Shown here one piece after another: positions 1 to 9,573 of a stretch of DNA of 64,000 nucleotides; the first letter of the stretch is position 1, and every line of letters begins with the position of its first letter. The stretch is from an uncultured Gammaproteobacteria bacterium (GTDB lineage Bacteria; Patescibacteriota; Microgenomatia; Daviesbacterales; UBA10151), in assembly GCA_964636275.1 (NCBI GenBank), contig CAZWRN010000002.1, positions 9,910 through 73,909 on the forward strand. Direction: 5' to 3'. The notes under the pieces are model-generated. The model ran no database searches, was not told the DNA's origin, and was given only the letters and a program-made list of their open reading frames with translations. Position numbers and translations under genes: made by a program.

Positions 1-624
1 CTGAATATGAACAATAGCTTTTGGGTTATAAAGTATTTTGCCTTTATTGAGTAAAATTTGATAACTAAAATCAATATCTTCCCCATAATAACTTCCATTA
101 TTTTCATCAAAACGTATTTGTTTATTAATCCCTTGAAGATTTAATAGCGCGTTTTCAACATTAGCCTTTAAAAGATAACCATTATCAGATCTATTATTTT
201 GTAACCATTTATTATATTCATCTTGATAGATATATGCCGTTACACCATGGTATGGAAATATTCTGCATTGTCCCTGAATAAGTACTACCTCAGGATTTTT
301 TTGGTAGCACTTAATCATTTCCATAAGCCAATTACTATCCGCTATACAATCATCATCAATAAAAGCCAATAATTTAGTCTTACATGTGTCTAATATCTTA
401 TTTCTAGCAGATGAAATTCCGATTGCCACATGTTCAATGTATTTAATATTCAGGGTATCCTTGTACTTTCTGACAATCAATCTGGTCTTTTCAAAAGGAG
501 GACTACTTACTAAAATAATACTTCTTGGAGTTACTTTTTGGTTCAATAAACTATTTAAACATGCGTCGAGAAGAGCTGCCCTATCTCGAGTAATTATTCC
601 AACGCTAATTAATTGATTGTCCAT
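1..624 (-). CDS. Glycosyltransferase family 2 (3' end runs off the window)
   Basis: Not in the ORF track; read manually from ATG at 624: MDNQLISVGIITRDRAALLDACLNSL...GISSARN...LAFIDDDC...GEDIDFSY, i.e. GT-A motifs. Confidence 0.85.
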   Translation of the reverse strand, partial: MDNQLISVGIITRDRAALLDACLNSLLNQKVTPRSIILVSSPPFEKTRLIVRKYKDTLNIKYIEHVAIGISSARNKILDTCKTKLLAFIDDDCIADSNWLMEMIKCYQKNPEVVLIQGQCRIFPYHGVTAYIYQDEYNKWLQNNRSDNGYLLKANVENALLNLQGINKQIRFDENNGSYYGEDIDFSYQILLNKGKILYNPKAIVHIQ

Positions 625-680
625 TATGACAATATTCTGGGAAGTCGAAGTATTGTATTATTTAGATTTGATTCAGTCAA

Positions 681-1178
681 CTAATTTTTGACCCATTCAA
701 TATTCTTTTCTTGAAAAGGTATCGGGGATGAAAAAACCAAAAATAAGAGTGGCTCTATTCCTTTGTTTATTATCTCATGTGCAGTGTTTCGCGGAGTCAA
801 AATAAACTTTCCTGGCTCTAACACAATAATTTTTCCATCTTGGACATATTCGCCATTTCCTGAAATCACATAGGTATAATGATCTTCAGATTTATGAATA
901 TGCGTTGGCATTCTATCTTTAATCGAAACTAAAACTACCCCCGCTGAACCATTTACAGCAAGTTCCTTCCATTTAATACTTTCTGTCTCATGCTGAAAAC
1001 TGTTTGAAAGATCGAAGACATTCACTTCTATCTTTTCTGAAAGAATCCCTGTAGCTCGGTCTTCGGCTTTTTTGAAAAGAAAGCTTGATCCTAGATGTAT
1101 AAAATATCCGAGCAAAATACCTGTCAAAAGAAATATCAGATAAACTTTTTTGCGATTTATATCTAACATTTTTTTCAT
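681..1178 (-). CDS. Membrane-anchored cupin domain protein
   Basis: N-terminal TM helix; cupin motifs PTHIHKSEDHYTYVISG and PGKFILTPRNTAHEI. Confidence 0.8.
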   Translation of the reverse strand: MKKMLDINRKKVYLIFLLTGILLGYFIHLGSSFLFKKAEDRATGILSEKIEVNVFDLSNSFQHETESIKWKELAVNGSAGVVLVSIKDRMPTHIHKSEDHYTYVISGNGEYVQDGKIIVLEPGKFILTPRNTAHEIINKGIEPLLFLVFSSPIPFQEKNIEWVKN

Positions 1179-1203
1179 AATTAGATTATTGTACTATATT
1201 CCG

Positions 1204-2565
1204 ATGTCTAAGGATTTGAAAAGAAAACAACATATTTTTAGGACTTTTTTATACGACCCACTTGTTCTGTTAGGAACTATTCTTTTCACATACTGGCTGC
1301 TAGATTCATGGTATAAAATTTTTATTCAAATGGCTCCAACAAGAATGTTATGGTATTCATCAATGGGACTATTAATTACGTCAATAGGCCTATGGAAAAA
1401 AAATGTATTCCTGCTCTCTTCAATGTTTTGTACGTTGCTTTTTCAAGAAGGAATTTGGAATCTAAGTTTTTTTGCCAATTTAATATCTCTGCCAGATCCA
1501 TTCCAAGCAGCCAGCTACGCATTTGGATCTAAATTCCCAAAGATGGGTCTTTTTATAACTCTTTTTCATTTGCTTTTACTACCTTCAATTTTTTACGGTC
1601 TATATAAACTGAAACGAGTAAGTCGGTGGGGCTGGCTGGGGGCGTATATATTTGCTCTTTTAATCAATTACCTCCCTTTATTTTTCCCAGACAAAGAAGA
1701 TGTCAATTGTGTCCGAGGCCAAATTGCTTCATGCCAATTATTTTTTGGTGCGTTTTATGGAGTCAATCCATTGTATGGAATATTTGGGGGTGTTACTTAT
1801 CAGTTATTTCTTATATTCATCCCGGCAAACATTCTTCTTATAAATATATCCACAAAATCGAAGAAGATTTTTTATTTTCTAAATCATCCTTTAAAGCAAA
1901 TAAGCTCAAATTTACTCAATCCAGATTTTTATTTATCTTCATTAATATTATTGTTAACTATCTTTTGGATGGCAGATACCTTTGAAAAAGTTAGTATACA
2001 GCATGCTGTGAGTCGCGTAATGTGGTGGTCATCGATTGGTTTACTAGTCATCATTATTGGACTTTATAGGAGAAGTTCTCTTATTCTAACTGCTATGTTT
2101 TGTAATCTCTTTGTAATTGAGACTCTTTGGACGATTGGATTTTTTACATATTTATTTTCTAATTATAGTATTCCTCACCTAGGCTTCGCTGTATCTGTTT
2201 TTGACCAGCAGCATTCATGGATTAGCTTTGCAATTAGTTTATTCCATCTATTTCTTGTTCCAGCGATTCTCTTTGGTTTATTACTTATTAAAAAGATTCA
2301 TCCTTTTGGCTGGCTACTGGCTTTAATTTTTCATTGTATTACTATTTCCATTCCTTACTTTATTCCTGACAGTTCTGAGAATATAAATTGTTCTTTGGTG
2401 ATTAATTATATTTGTCAAAACCTTTACGGATTGTCAGATAGTCGTCCTTTTTATTTAAATTTGATTTTCTCATCTTTTTATCAATTAATTATTTTCTATT
2501 TACCCCTCAATTTTCTACTTTTTTACCTAATGAAGAAATTTCCTTTTAGGGTTGCAAATAGCTAG
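1204..2565 (+). CDS. Polytopic membrane protein with two homologous halves
   Basis: Hydrophobic; repeats LWYSSMGLL/MWWSSIGLL, LFHLLLLP/LFHLFLVP, GWL, PDKEDVNC/PDSSENINC; ATG 1204 is 6 nt after a TACTAT -10 box. Confidence 0.75.
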   Translation: MSKDLKRKQHIFRTFLYDPLVLLGTILFTYWLLDSWYKIFIQMAPTRMLWYSSMGLLITSIGLWKKNVFLLSSMFCTLLFQEGIWNLSFFANLISLPDPFQAASYAFGSKFPKMGLFITLFHLLLLPSIFYGLYKLKRVSRWGWLGAYIFALLINYLPLFFPDKEDVNCVRGQIASCQLFFGAFYGVNPLYGIFGGVTYQLFLIFIPANILLINISTKSKKIFYFLNHPLKQISSNLLNPDFYLSSLILLLTIFWMADTFEKVSIQHAVSRVMWWSSIGLLVIIIGLYRRSSLILTAMFCNLFVIETLWTIGFFTYLFSNYSIPHLGFAVSVFDQQHSWISFAISLFHLFLVPAILFGLLLIKKIHPFGWLLALIFHCITISIPYFIPDSSENINCSLVINYICQNLYGLSDSRPFYLNLIFSSFYQLIIFYLPLNFLLFYLMKKFPFRVANS

Positions 2566-2587
2566 TTAGCTTGCAATAATCAGTTTT

Positions 2588-3580
2588 GTGAAAAAACAAT
2601 CCCACAATTTTAAGTTTATTCTCGTTTTTTCCTTTCTTAGTCTGTGGTTGATTAGTGGCCTCTTTTTAGATGGATGGGCTCATGCTCATGTTAAAGGACT
2701 GGATACTTTTTTCTCTCCATGGCATGGATACTATTTTGGGGGTTTTTCTGTCCTTGCGGGATATCTTTATTTGACAATATTTTTAAATTATTTAAAGACT
2801 AGGCAACTTAAAAAATCGATACCTATTCATTTCTTCCCTGCTACAATTGGAGTCATTTTTTTTGCATTAGGCGGAGTTGGCGATCTTATATGGCATACTT
2901 TTTTTGGATTTGAAAAAAGTATTGAAGCTTTGATTAGCCCAACACATCTTTTGCTTTTTTTGGGATTGTTTTTGATTTTTCTTTCACCTCTGAATTATGT
3001 CCTTTTTGAATCAAAAGGTAAATCATGGCGTTTTTATCTTGTTTTTGTGATCTCTGTCTCAGTATTTTTTTCTTATTTCACTTTTTTGACGGAGTATGTC
3101 AATCCACTAATAAGTCCCTTTGCCTTTAAAACACATCAAACAAACAATCATTACTACGGTCAAGCCATTGGAATGGCAAGTATTTTTATCCATAATATTT
3201 TTTTTGTTGGAACAATAATCTACGTTTTAATTTACAAAAAATTTTTACCCGGGATACTATTTTTGATAACCATAATAAATACTCTGGCAATGACAACCGT
3301 ACATGATCATTATGATTTTATCCTTAGTGCATTTATTTCTGGAATTTTTATTGAACTAGTTTATTTCTGGGTTAAACCATCTTTTAAAAATTTGTATCGG
3401 TTACAATTTTTTTGTATTTCAGTTCCTCTGATTTACACACTGTTTTATTTCATTGTTGGTATGGTTACCAGAGGAATATGGTGGACACCTCATTTGTGGT
3501 TAGGGACTATTTTGATGACAGGTTTTTTTGGGTGGTTACTTTGTAGATTGGTGATTTCAGGAAGATATCCAAAAAAATAA
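2588..3580 (+). CDS. Integral membrane protein with Asp/His motifs (possible metal binding)
   Basis: LDGWAH, FFSPWH, GDLIWH, SPTH motifs in TM segments. Confidence 0.65.
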   Translation: MKKQSHNFKFILVFSFLSLWLISGLFLDGWAHAHVKGLDTFFSPWHGYYFGGFSVLAGYLYLTIFLNYLKTRQLKKSIPIHFFPATIGVIFFALGGVGDLIWHTFFGFEKSIEALISPTHLLLFLGLFLIFLSPLNYVLFESKGKSWRFYLVFVISVSVFFSYFTFLTEYVNPLISPFAFKTHQTNNHYYGQAIGMASIFIHNIFFVGTIIYVLIYKKFLPGILFLITIINTLAMTTVHDHYDFILSAFISGIFIELVYFWVKPSFKNLYRLQFFCISVPLIYTLFYFIVGMVTRGIWWTPHLWLGTILMTGFFGWLLCRLVISGRYPKK

Positions 3581-4822
3581 AACTGCTCCTATTGATATAC
3601 AAGCTAAGACAAGAAGAATCTTCATTCTAGACTTTCCTAAAATAATACTGGAATGCTCCGAATAACCAATACCGCTCAATGCGATAAAAAACATTAAATA
3701 GGAATATATTCTGTAAGTATAATCTGTTAAAGAATTTACTAAAAATGCAACTAACATAAATGTTATTAAAGTGGGGGATTTTATATTTTTTCTTAAAATT
3801 TCTCCTATTATCAAAAGAAAAATAAGTAAACCTAAAACGCCATATTCAACCGCAACATCAAATACTAAATTGTGAGCACTATGAGTTCTAGTACCATAAC
3901 TAGTATATTGTCCCGAAGCTTCGAGAAAATTACCCGGACCATACCCAGTTAAAGGCCTCTCTACTATTGCCAATACTGACTGGTGAATAAATTCAAATCT
4001 TTTAGCAGTAATTTCCTTCTCGTTCAAATGTAGTAAATTTTTTGTAGCCAAGTGTATATGTCCTAAATAGGGCACTGATGAAAATTCTTTCACAACTAAA
4101 AAATTCATAAACAACGCGACAAGCAAGCCGACAATAAATGTGAACAGTATTTTTTTATTAAAGTATTTAATATACCAAAGCATAAAAAATACTAATGTTA
4201 CAATCAAACTAAAGTAAGCTGATCTTGAGAAGCTGAATAATATAAACAAAAATGCAATTCCGCCGTATATGAGATAAACTTTCTTTTTCACCTTAATATA
4301 ATTAAAGAGTAAGGCAACGCATGTTAGTACCATCATATCTCCTAAATGTGTATGCGAGCCAAAACGAGAATACACAAATTGATATCCATGGGTTGGTATT
4401 GTTAATAGGGGCGCGCCAAAAAAAGAATAACCAATATAGATTGCAAACATATAGCAGGCATAAATACCTGATATCCAGAATAGAAGAAGTATTAGATCAG
4501 AAAATAATTCGCGATGATTGTAGAAATAAAGAAAAATGAAATAAAGACTTATGAAGTAATAATGATATTCAAAGGATTTATTAAAATTACTAGAAAAAAA
4601 GGTTGTGACTAGAGAAATAATTAAAAAAACCATCCAATATAGTGAAATTTTGATTGGTATTTGCCATATTTTTTTATATACGAAGTCAGAGACGAGCATT
4701 AAGCATGGTAGACTAATAATTAACGCTAGGCTAAATTCTCTTCCTTTTGGGATTCCCAGTCCTTCTATCAAAAGAATTCCAAGCAAATAGAGAGTAATGA
4801 TCATTTCCCCCCAATCTAACAC
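3557..4822 (-). CDS. O-antigen ligase/polymerase (Wzy_C) family protein
   Basis: Many TM helices, SFSRSA, PLTGYGPGNF, HSAHN motifs. Confidence 0.85.
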   Translation of the reverse strand: MLDWGEMIITLYLLGILLIEGLGIPKGREFSLALIISLPCLMLVSDFVYKKIWQIPIKISLYWMVFLIISLVTTFFSSNFNKSFEYHYYFISLYFIFLYFYNHRELFSDLILLLFWISGIYACYMFAIYIGYSFFGAPLLTIPTHGYQFVYSRFGSHTHLGDMMVLTCVALLFNYIKVKKKVYLIYGGIAFLFILFSFSRSAYFSLIVTLVFFMLWYIKYFNKKILFTFIVGLLVALFMNFLVVKEFSSVPYLGHIHLATKNLLHLNEKEITAKRFEFIHQSVLAIVERPLTGYGPGNFLEASGQYTSYGTRTHSAHNLVFDVAVEYGVLGLLIFLLIIGEILRKNIKSPTLITFMLVAFLVNSLTDYTYRIYSYLMFFIALSGIGYSEHSSIILGKSRMKILLVLACISIGAVLFFWISS

Positions 4823-4869
4823 CTTAATTTATAATTGCAATATATGTGACTGGATGATAACCTAAAAGT

Positions 4870-6147
4870 ATGCGTATTTTGTCAATTTTGGCTTCTTGTA
4901 GTTTACTTATCGCGATCTTTGCCTTTATATCTTTTTTCTCTCTCCCACTTAGTCATCCTTCCAATGTTCATGCCCAATATGATCCGCCGCCGCCGCCGCC
5001 CTCACCACCAGCTCCATCCCCACCGGCAAATACTCCACCTGGGCCTTTCGGTCACGTTAGCGAAATAGGATCATGTCCCTTTCCCAATCAACCGAAAGCA
5101 ACTATTCGATGGACGGCGTCTCAGTATGCAACCTCTTATACTATTTTTTATCTAGATGAAGCCGTTGGAACAATGCAACCTCCGGCTGGGATTACAATAG
5201 GCAATGTAACATCTTATGATCTAAATTCAACTCACGGTTTGATTGCGGGACATAATTATGGATTTGTTGTAAGAGCCAATAATTCTTATGGCTCTGCATT
5301 TACCAATCTGGCACCATATTCTCCTACTTCTCCTGGTGGCTGGAGTCATCCGCTATATGGGTGGATGTTGTTTCCAACATGTACACCACCCGGACAGTTT
5401 ACATACAGCGCAGCCCCTGCTCCACTTTGCACAGGTGTAGATGGCTCAGCAATCGATGTTAATTGGAATACCTCTGCTGGAGCCAGTTCTTATATGGTGT
5501 ATCCGCAATCAAATATACGAGGGTGGATACCTCCAGCAGGACTTGCCCCAACATCAGTTACAGGAAGTGGTGGCTATTTGAGACATACTTTACCAACTCC
5601 TATCCCAGCCAACGAAGGCTGGGAGTATACAGTTTGGGCGACCAATGCCAACGGCTCAACCCAAGTAAGTAATAGCTCTGGTGTTGCCTCGAGTACATAT
5701 TATATATACGGTGGATGGACCAACGCTTATAACTGTTCTAATCCTGTTGTTGATCTTTTAATAGATGGGGCAGATATTATAAAAACCATTAATAGTGGCG
5801 ATACTGTAAATTTAAACTACTGGGTGAATAATGCCTACAATATTACTACCTCTGCTACGCCCAGCGTTTCTGGAGTAACAACCAACTGGACAGCTTTATA
5901 CCCCTCGAACAACGCAAATCCTACGCCTTGGAGTTTAACTGGCGTAAGAAGTGTTACCTTGTATAACAATACGACCTACCCTTATAACAGTTATCAATTT
6001 ACAATCACTGCAAATAACAATAAATTATCCGGTCCTCCTTCTGCCTCAAAAACGGTTACCGTAAATGTATATCCGGAAAAAGCACCATTTATCCAAACTA
6101 CGCAAGGAGATGTTCACTCCAACTCCAATATTAATGTGCCTCAGTAA
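4870..6147 (+). CDS. Secreted Pro-rich fibronectin type III-like surface protein
   Basis: Signal peptide, poly-Pro linker, two Fn3-like repeats (W..S..A.SY...Y.F.V.A.N..G), C-terminal FIQTTQGDVHSN. Confidence 0.7.
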   Translation: MRILSILASCSLLIAIFAFISFFSLPLSHPSNVHAQYDPPPPPPSPPAPSPPANTPPGPFGHVSEIGSCPFPNQPKATIRWTASQYATSYTIFYLDEAVGTMQPPAGITIGNVTSYDLNSTHGLIAGHNYGFVVRANNSYGSAFTNLAPYSPTSPGGWSHPLYGWMLFPTCTPPGQFTYSAAPAPLCTGVDGSAIDVNWNTSAGASSYMVYPQSNIRGWIPPAGLAPTSVTGSGGYLRHTLPTPIPANEGWEYTVWATNANGSTQVSNSSGVASSTYYIYGGWTNAYNCSNPVVDLLIDGADIIKTINSGDTVNLNYWVNNAYNITTSATPSVSGVTTNWTALYPSNNANPTPWSLTGVRSVTLYNNTTYPYNSYQFTITANNNKLSGPPSASKTVTVNVYPEKAPFIQTTQGDVHSNSNINVPQ

Positions 6148-6196
6148 CTTTAGAATGCTTGCTACATAACGTTTGGTTGGTTACTATTAAAACAAT

Positions 6197-7195
6197 ATGA
6201 AATTTTTCATATCAGCCTTTGTATTAGTCCTTTGTTGTATAAACTTACTGCTATTATTTGCAATATTTCAGGAGCAAGTGAAGGCTCAAACTGTGTGCTC
6301 GCCTGCTGATCGTAACCAAGGACTAGTCAGTGGGGTGACTTTATCAGGGACTTTTGGTAATCCTACTGGACAATGTGTTATTGATCAAAAAGCTGCCTAT
6401 GTGAATTTCAAAGTTCCTAATTACAATGAGCTTAAATCAGTTTTTTATACTCAGAATAGCAGTGCTACAAAAACAGTAATTGACTCTCTTTCCTCCCCCA
6501 ATTGTACAGGCGGGAATACTGTCTATTTAAAAAATTTATCAGCAACGGCCAAAACACTTTTTAATGTTCAGTGTAATTTTACCCATATTGCTGATACAGA
6601 TCCTTCCAACGGACCTTTCATGACGTCTGGTACTCAACAGACTGTAGTTATTTTTGCGGACAATCATGTTTATATAGATACTGATCTTAATTATGGAGGA
6701 GACCAATATGGGGCAGTTATTGTTGCAAAAGGCGATGTGTATATTGCTCCAGCTGTGACTAAAATTAATGCGGTGATTGTTAACGAAGGCAACATTTATA
6801 CTACCAATAACGGATCTTCATATACATCACTCGTTCCGAATTCTCAACAACTGGTTGTAAATGGCAGTTTAATTAATCTGTCACAAGCAGGACAAAGAAT
6901 ATACTTCAATCGATCTTTAAGTAACAATAATGTCCCCGCTGAAGTTGTAAATTATCAACCCAAATTTTTGGTTTTGCTGAGAGGTCTGATGACACAAAGT
7001 TATACTATACAAAGAGAGATCGGAGCCGATGAAATCCCTTCTGCAAGTATTTTCCCTTCTCCTACCGGGATACCTTCTCCCTCTCCAACTCAAAATCCGG
7101 GATCTACCTTCCAAAACGCTTATTGTATTTACGGTATTTATAATCTTTTAAACCAATTAAATATTGCTTCCGATACAGATATCCCCTGCACATAA
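6197..7195 (+). CDS. Secreted beta-rich surface protein (CPR-type C-terminal surface domain)
   Basis: Signal peptide; VIFADNHVYI...VIVAKGDVYI...LVVNGSLI...PAEVVNYQP; PSPT linker. Confidence 0.6.
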   Translation: MKFFISAFVLVLCCINLLLLFAIFQEQVKAQTVCSPADRNQGLVSGVTLSGTFGNPTGQCVIDQKAAYVNFKVPNYNELKSVFYTQNSSATKTVIDSLSSPNCTGGNTVYLKNLSATAKTLFNVQCNFTHIADTDPSNGPFMTSGTQQTVVIFADNHVYIDTDLNYGGDQYGAVIVAKGDVYIAPAVTKINAVIVNEGNIYTTNNGSSYTSLVPNSQQLVVNGSLINLSQAGQRIYFNRSLSNNNVPAEVVNYQPKFLVLLRGLMTQSYTIQREIGADEIPSASIFPSPTGIPSPSPTQNPGSTFQNAYCIYGIYNLLNQLNIASDTDIPCT

Positions 7196-7229
7196 AATTG
7201 ACAGTTACGACTGAATAGCTAATAATGAA

Positions 7230-8753
7230 ATGGTAATAATGAAATTTAAGAATATTTACCCTCCGATACTATTTTTGTTAACTTTTAGTGTTTTCTTTTT
7301 CCCTACGCTACTTTATGCCCAGTCAGCCACACCCTGGAGCTTTTATAATAATCCAATCGCAAGTAATGCCATGGATATCTTTTACAACGGAGCTGGTTCG
7401 GCAAATCCAGCTATCCGAATCGCACCAAGTGGGAACGTTGGTATAGGGACTACCTCTCTTACGGGGAAGCTAAATGTTAATGGAACAGCTATCCTAGGAT
7501 CAACAACTCAGGGAGGTGTCCAAGTGATAAGCACTAGTGCCACCAATGCCATATTTGCCCCATCAAAGTCGAATGGAAGTCTCTCTATAACTGATGACTC
7601 CCAAAATGTCACCAGAGGAATAACTGTTTATGGAGGTAATGGAAACTTAGGAATCGGAACATCAATACCTCAGGGAAGGGTCGATATTTCTAGCAATGGC
7701 GGGAGTGATGGTCTTGTTATAACTCAGCAACAAGAGAATAGTCAGTCAATTCAAGGTTACATTGACGGACATTGGGCCGACAGGACTACCTATGCAGGTG
7801 GTTGTTGTAATGCGCTTTTGCTTCAACCAGATATTGGTAGTGTCGGTATCGGTATCCCAGCTTCTCTATCAGCACCTTATTATCCGATGACTGCCAAGCT
7901 AGATATTTTGGCTGGAGGGGACGATACTACTTCAGCAATCAGACTCCGACAATCCAATGCAGCTGCATACGGATTTGATTTAGGAATAGATAATAACGTC
8001 GATGGCGGCTTATATTTCTATGCCAACAATAATGGAACTAAAAGTATCTCCTTAAAATTACGACGGGATAATGGAAAAGTTGGAATAAGAACAAGTGGGG
8101 CTCCCGTTTCAGATTTACATATTAAGCAAACTTCAAATAGCCAATACAACGGAGGTATTACTATGGAAAGAGCTGACACCGGTGATTCCGGCGCAGTTTT
8201 TTTGGGCGGGGACAATAAATTATATATGATGTCAGGTGGTGGCTATATGACTATCGATACAGCAAGTCGTTTAGATGTCAAAGGGAATACACGTATCGAT
8301 TATAAGCTGGCAGTAAATGGCTATGAACCTGGCGCTTGTGGAACGAACTATGGTCTTTGTGTAGGAGGGCCATCTGGAGGGCAAAGTGTTTGGAACAACA
8401 CATCAGATGCCCGACTAAAAAAGAACGTGACACCTATTTCACATGCCCTAGATAAAATACTTGCTTTACAAGGGGTTTATTTTGACTTTATCGAGACCGA
8501 TGGAGCATACAAAACTCTGCCAAAAGGCCATCAGCTTGGTTATATTGCTCAGCAAGTTGAGCCGATTTTACCTGAGGTAGTCACTACCGGTGGAGATGGC
8601 ATGAAAATGATGAGTTATGCCAATATTACTGCCCTACTTGGTGAAGGGATTAAAGAGCAACAAAAACAGATCGAGGATCAAAATACCAAAATTAAAACAC
8701 TGTCTGATGAAATTGAGAACTTAAAACAAGAAATTATCAAACTTAAAAAATGA
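7230..8753 (+). CDS. Secreted fibre protein with C-terminal peptidase S74 intramolecular chaperone and coiled coil
   Basis: GNVGIGTT repeats; TSDARLKKN...GYIAQQVE..LPEVV; terminal heptad coiled coil; signal peptide. Confidence 0.85.
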   Translation: MVIMKFKNIYPPILFLLTFSVFFFPTLLYAQSATPWSFYNNPIASNAMDIFYNGAGSANPAIRIAPSGNVGIGTTSLTGKLNVNGTAILGSTTQGGVQVISTSATNAIFAPSKSNGSLSITDDSQNVTRGITVYGGNGNLGIGTSIPQGRVDISSNGGSDGLVITQQQENSQSIQGYIDGHWADRTTYAGGCCNALLLQPDIGSVGIGIPASLSAPYYPMTAKLDILAGGDDTTSAIRLRQSNAAAYGFDLGIDNNVDGGLYFYANNNGTKSISLKLRRDNGKVGIRTSGAPVSDLHIKQTSNSQYNGGITMERADTGDSGAVFLGGDNKLYMMSGGGYMTIDTASRLDVKGNTRIDYKLAVNGYEPGACGTNYGLCVGGPSGGQSVWNNTSDARLKKNVTPISHALDKILALQGVYFDFIETDGAYKTLPKGHQLGYIAQQVEPILPEVVTTGGDGMKMMSYANITALLGEGIKEQQKQIEDQNTKIKTLSDEIENLKQEIIKLKK

Positions 8754-8754
8754 T

Positions 8755-9573
8755 ATGGGGCCGAATCAAACTCCTATAACACCTTCTACAGTAGGTCAAA
8801 TAGAATCGGTTCCTGACAAAAAAAAACTATGGTCTGTCAGTACCATATCGATATTTGTACTTTCTCTGATTTGCCTGATACTTTTGGTAATCGCATTATT
8901 TTTTACGTACAAGTATTTAACCTTACAAGAAACTATACCTGATACTTCAGATGAGCTTTCAACACAACCTTTGTTTGATTTAACAGGTATAATAGAACAG
9001 ATAAATGGATCAGTCTTAACTGTATCCCAAAAAAAATACCCTCTTAATTCACCCTCTGAAGACCTAAAATATTTAGTCACTGTTTCAAACAAAACAAAAA
9101 TTATTTCAGAGTTACCATTGGTTCCTTACTCCCTTAAATTGGCAACATCTTCAGCGTTTGTTGTAGAAAGTGAGTTTAAAAAGCTACAAATAGGTCAAAC
9201 TGTTCATATTATTTCAAGAGAAAATATCCGAGAGATCGCCTCAAACAGTTTAGTGGCTGATTCAATTACTATTTCCTCTGGGCTAACTTCTATAATGGGA
9301 AAAATTGTGAAAGTAGAAGATAACTTCCTTTCAATACAGACTTCTCCTCCTTCATATCCAGAGATTAAGGAGTTTCAGATTGGAATATTACCTGAAACGG
9401 AAATTGTCAATTCAGATATAATGACAGATTCTTCTGATAATCAGAAGCAGAAAACTAAGTTGCCCATTTCAGTACTGACTCCCGACACGAACGTATTAAT
9501 TTATACAGATTCTGATATTAACCAATCCGAAAATTTAAATGCCTTGAAAATTGAAGTTATAAAAAATTTTTAA
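8755..9573 (+). CDS. Single-pass membrane protein with duplicated beta domain
   Basis: One TM helix; two similar units (GIIEQING/GKIVKVED ... TKI/TEI). Confidence 0.6.
   Translation: MGPNQTPITPSTVGQIESVPDKKKLWSVSTISIFVLSLICLILLVIALFFTYKYLTLQETIPDTSDELSTQPLFDLTGIIEQINGSVLTVSQKKYPLNSPSEDLKYLVTVSNKTKIISELPLVPYSLKLATSSAFVVESEFKKLQIGQTVHIISRENIREIASNSLVADSITISSGLTSIMGKIVKVEDNFLSIQTSPPSYPEIKEFQIGILPETEIVNSDIMTDSSDNQKQKTKLPISVLTPDTNVLIYTDSDINQSENLNALKIEVIKNF

Noticed and set aside
4984-5001. CCG microsatellite as a phase-variation tract
   Set aside because: Trinucleotide repeat encoding a poly-Pro linker; length changes keep frame.
7230-8753. Prophage tail gene
   Set aside because: Has a signal peptide; no integrase, terminase, capsid or other phage genes nearby.
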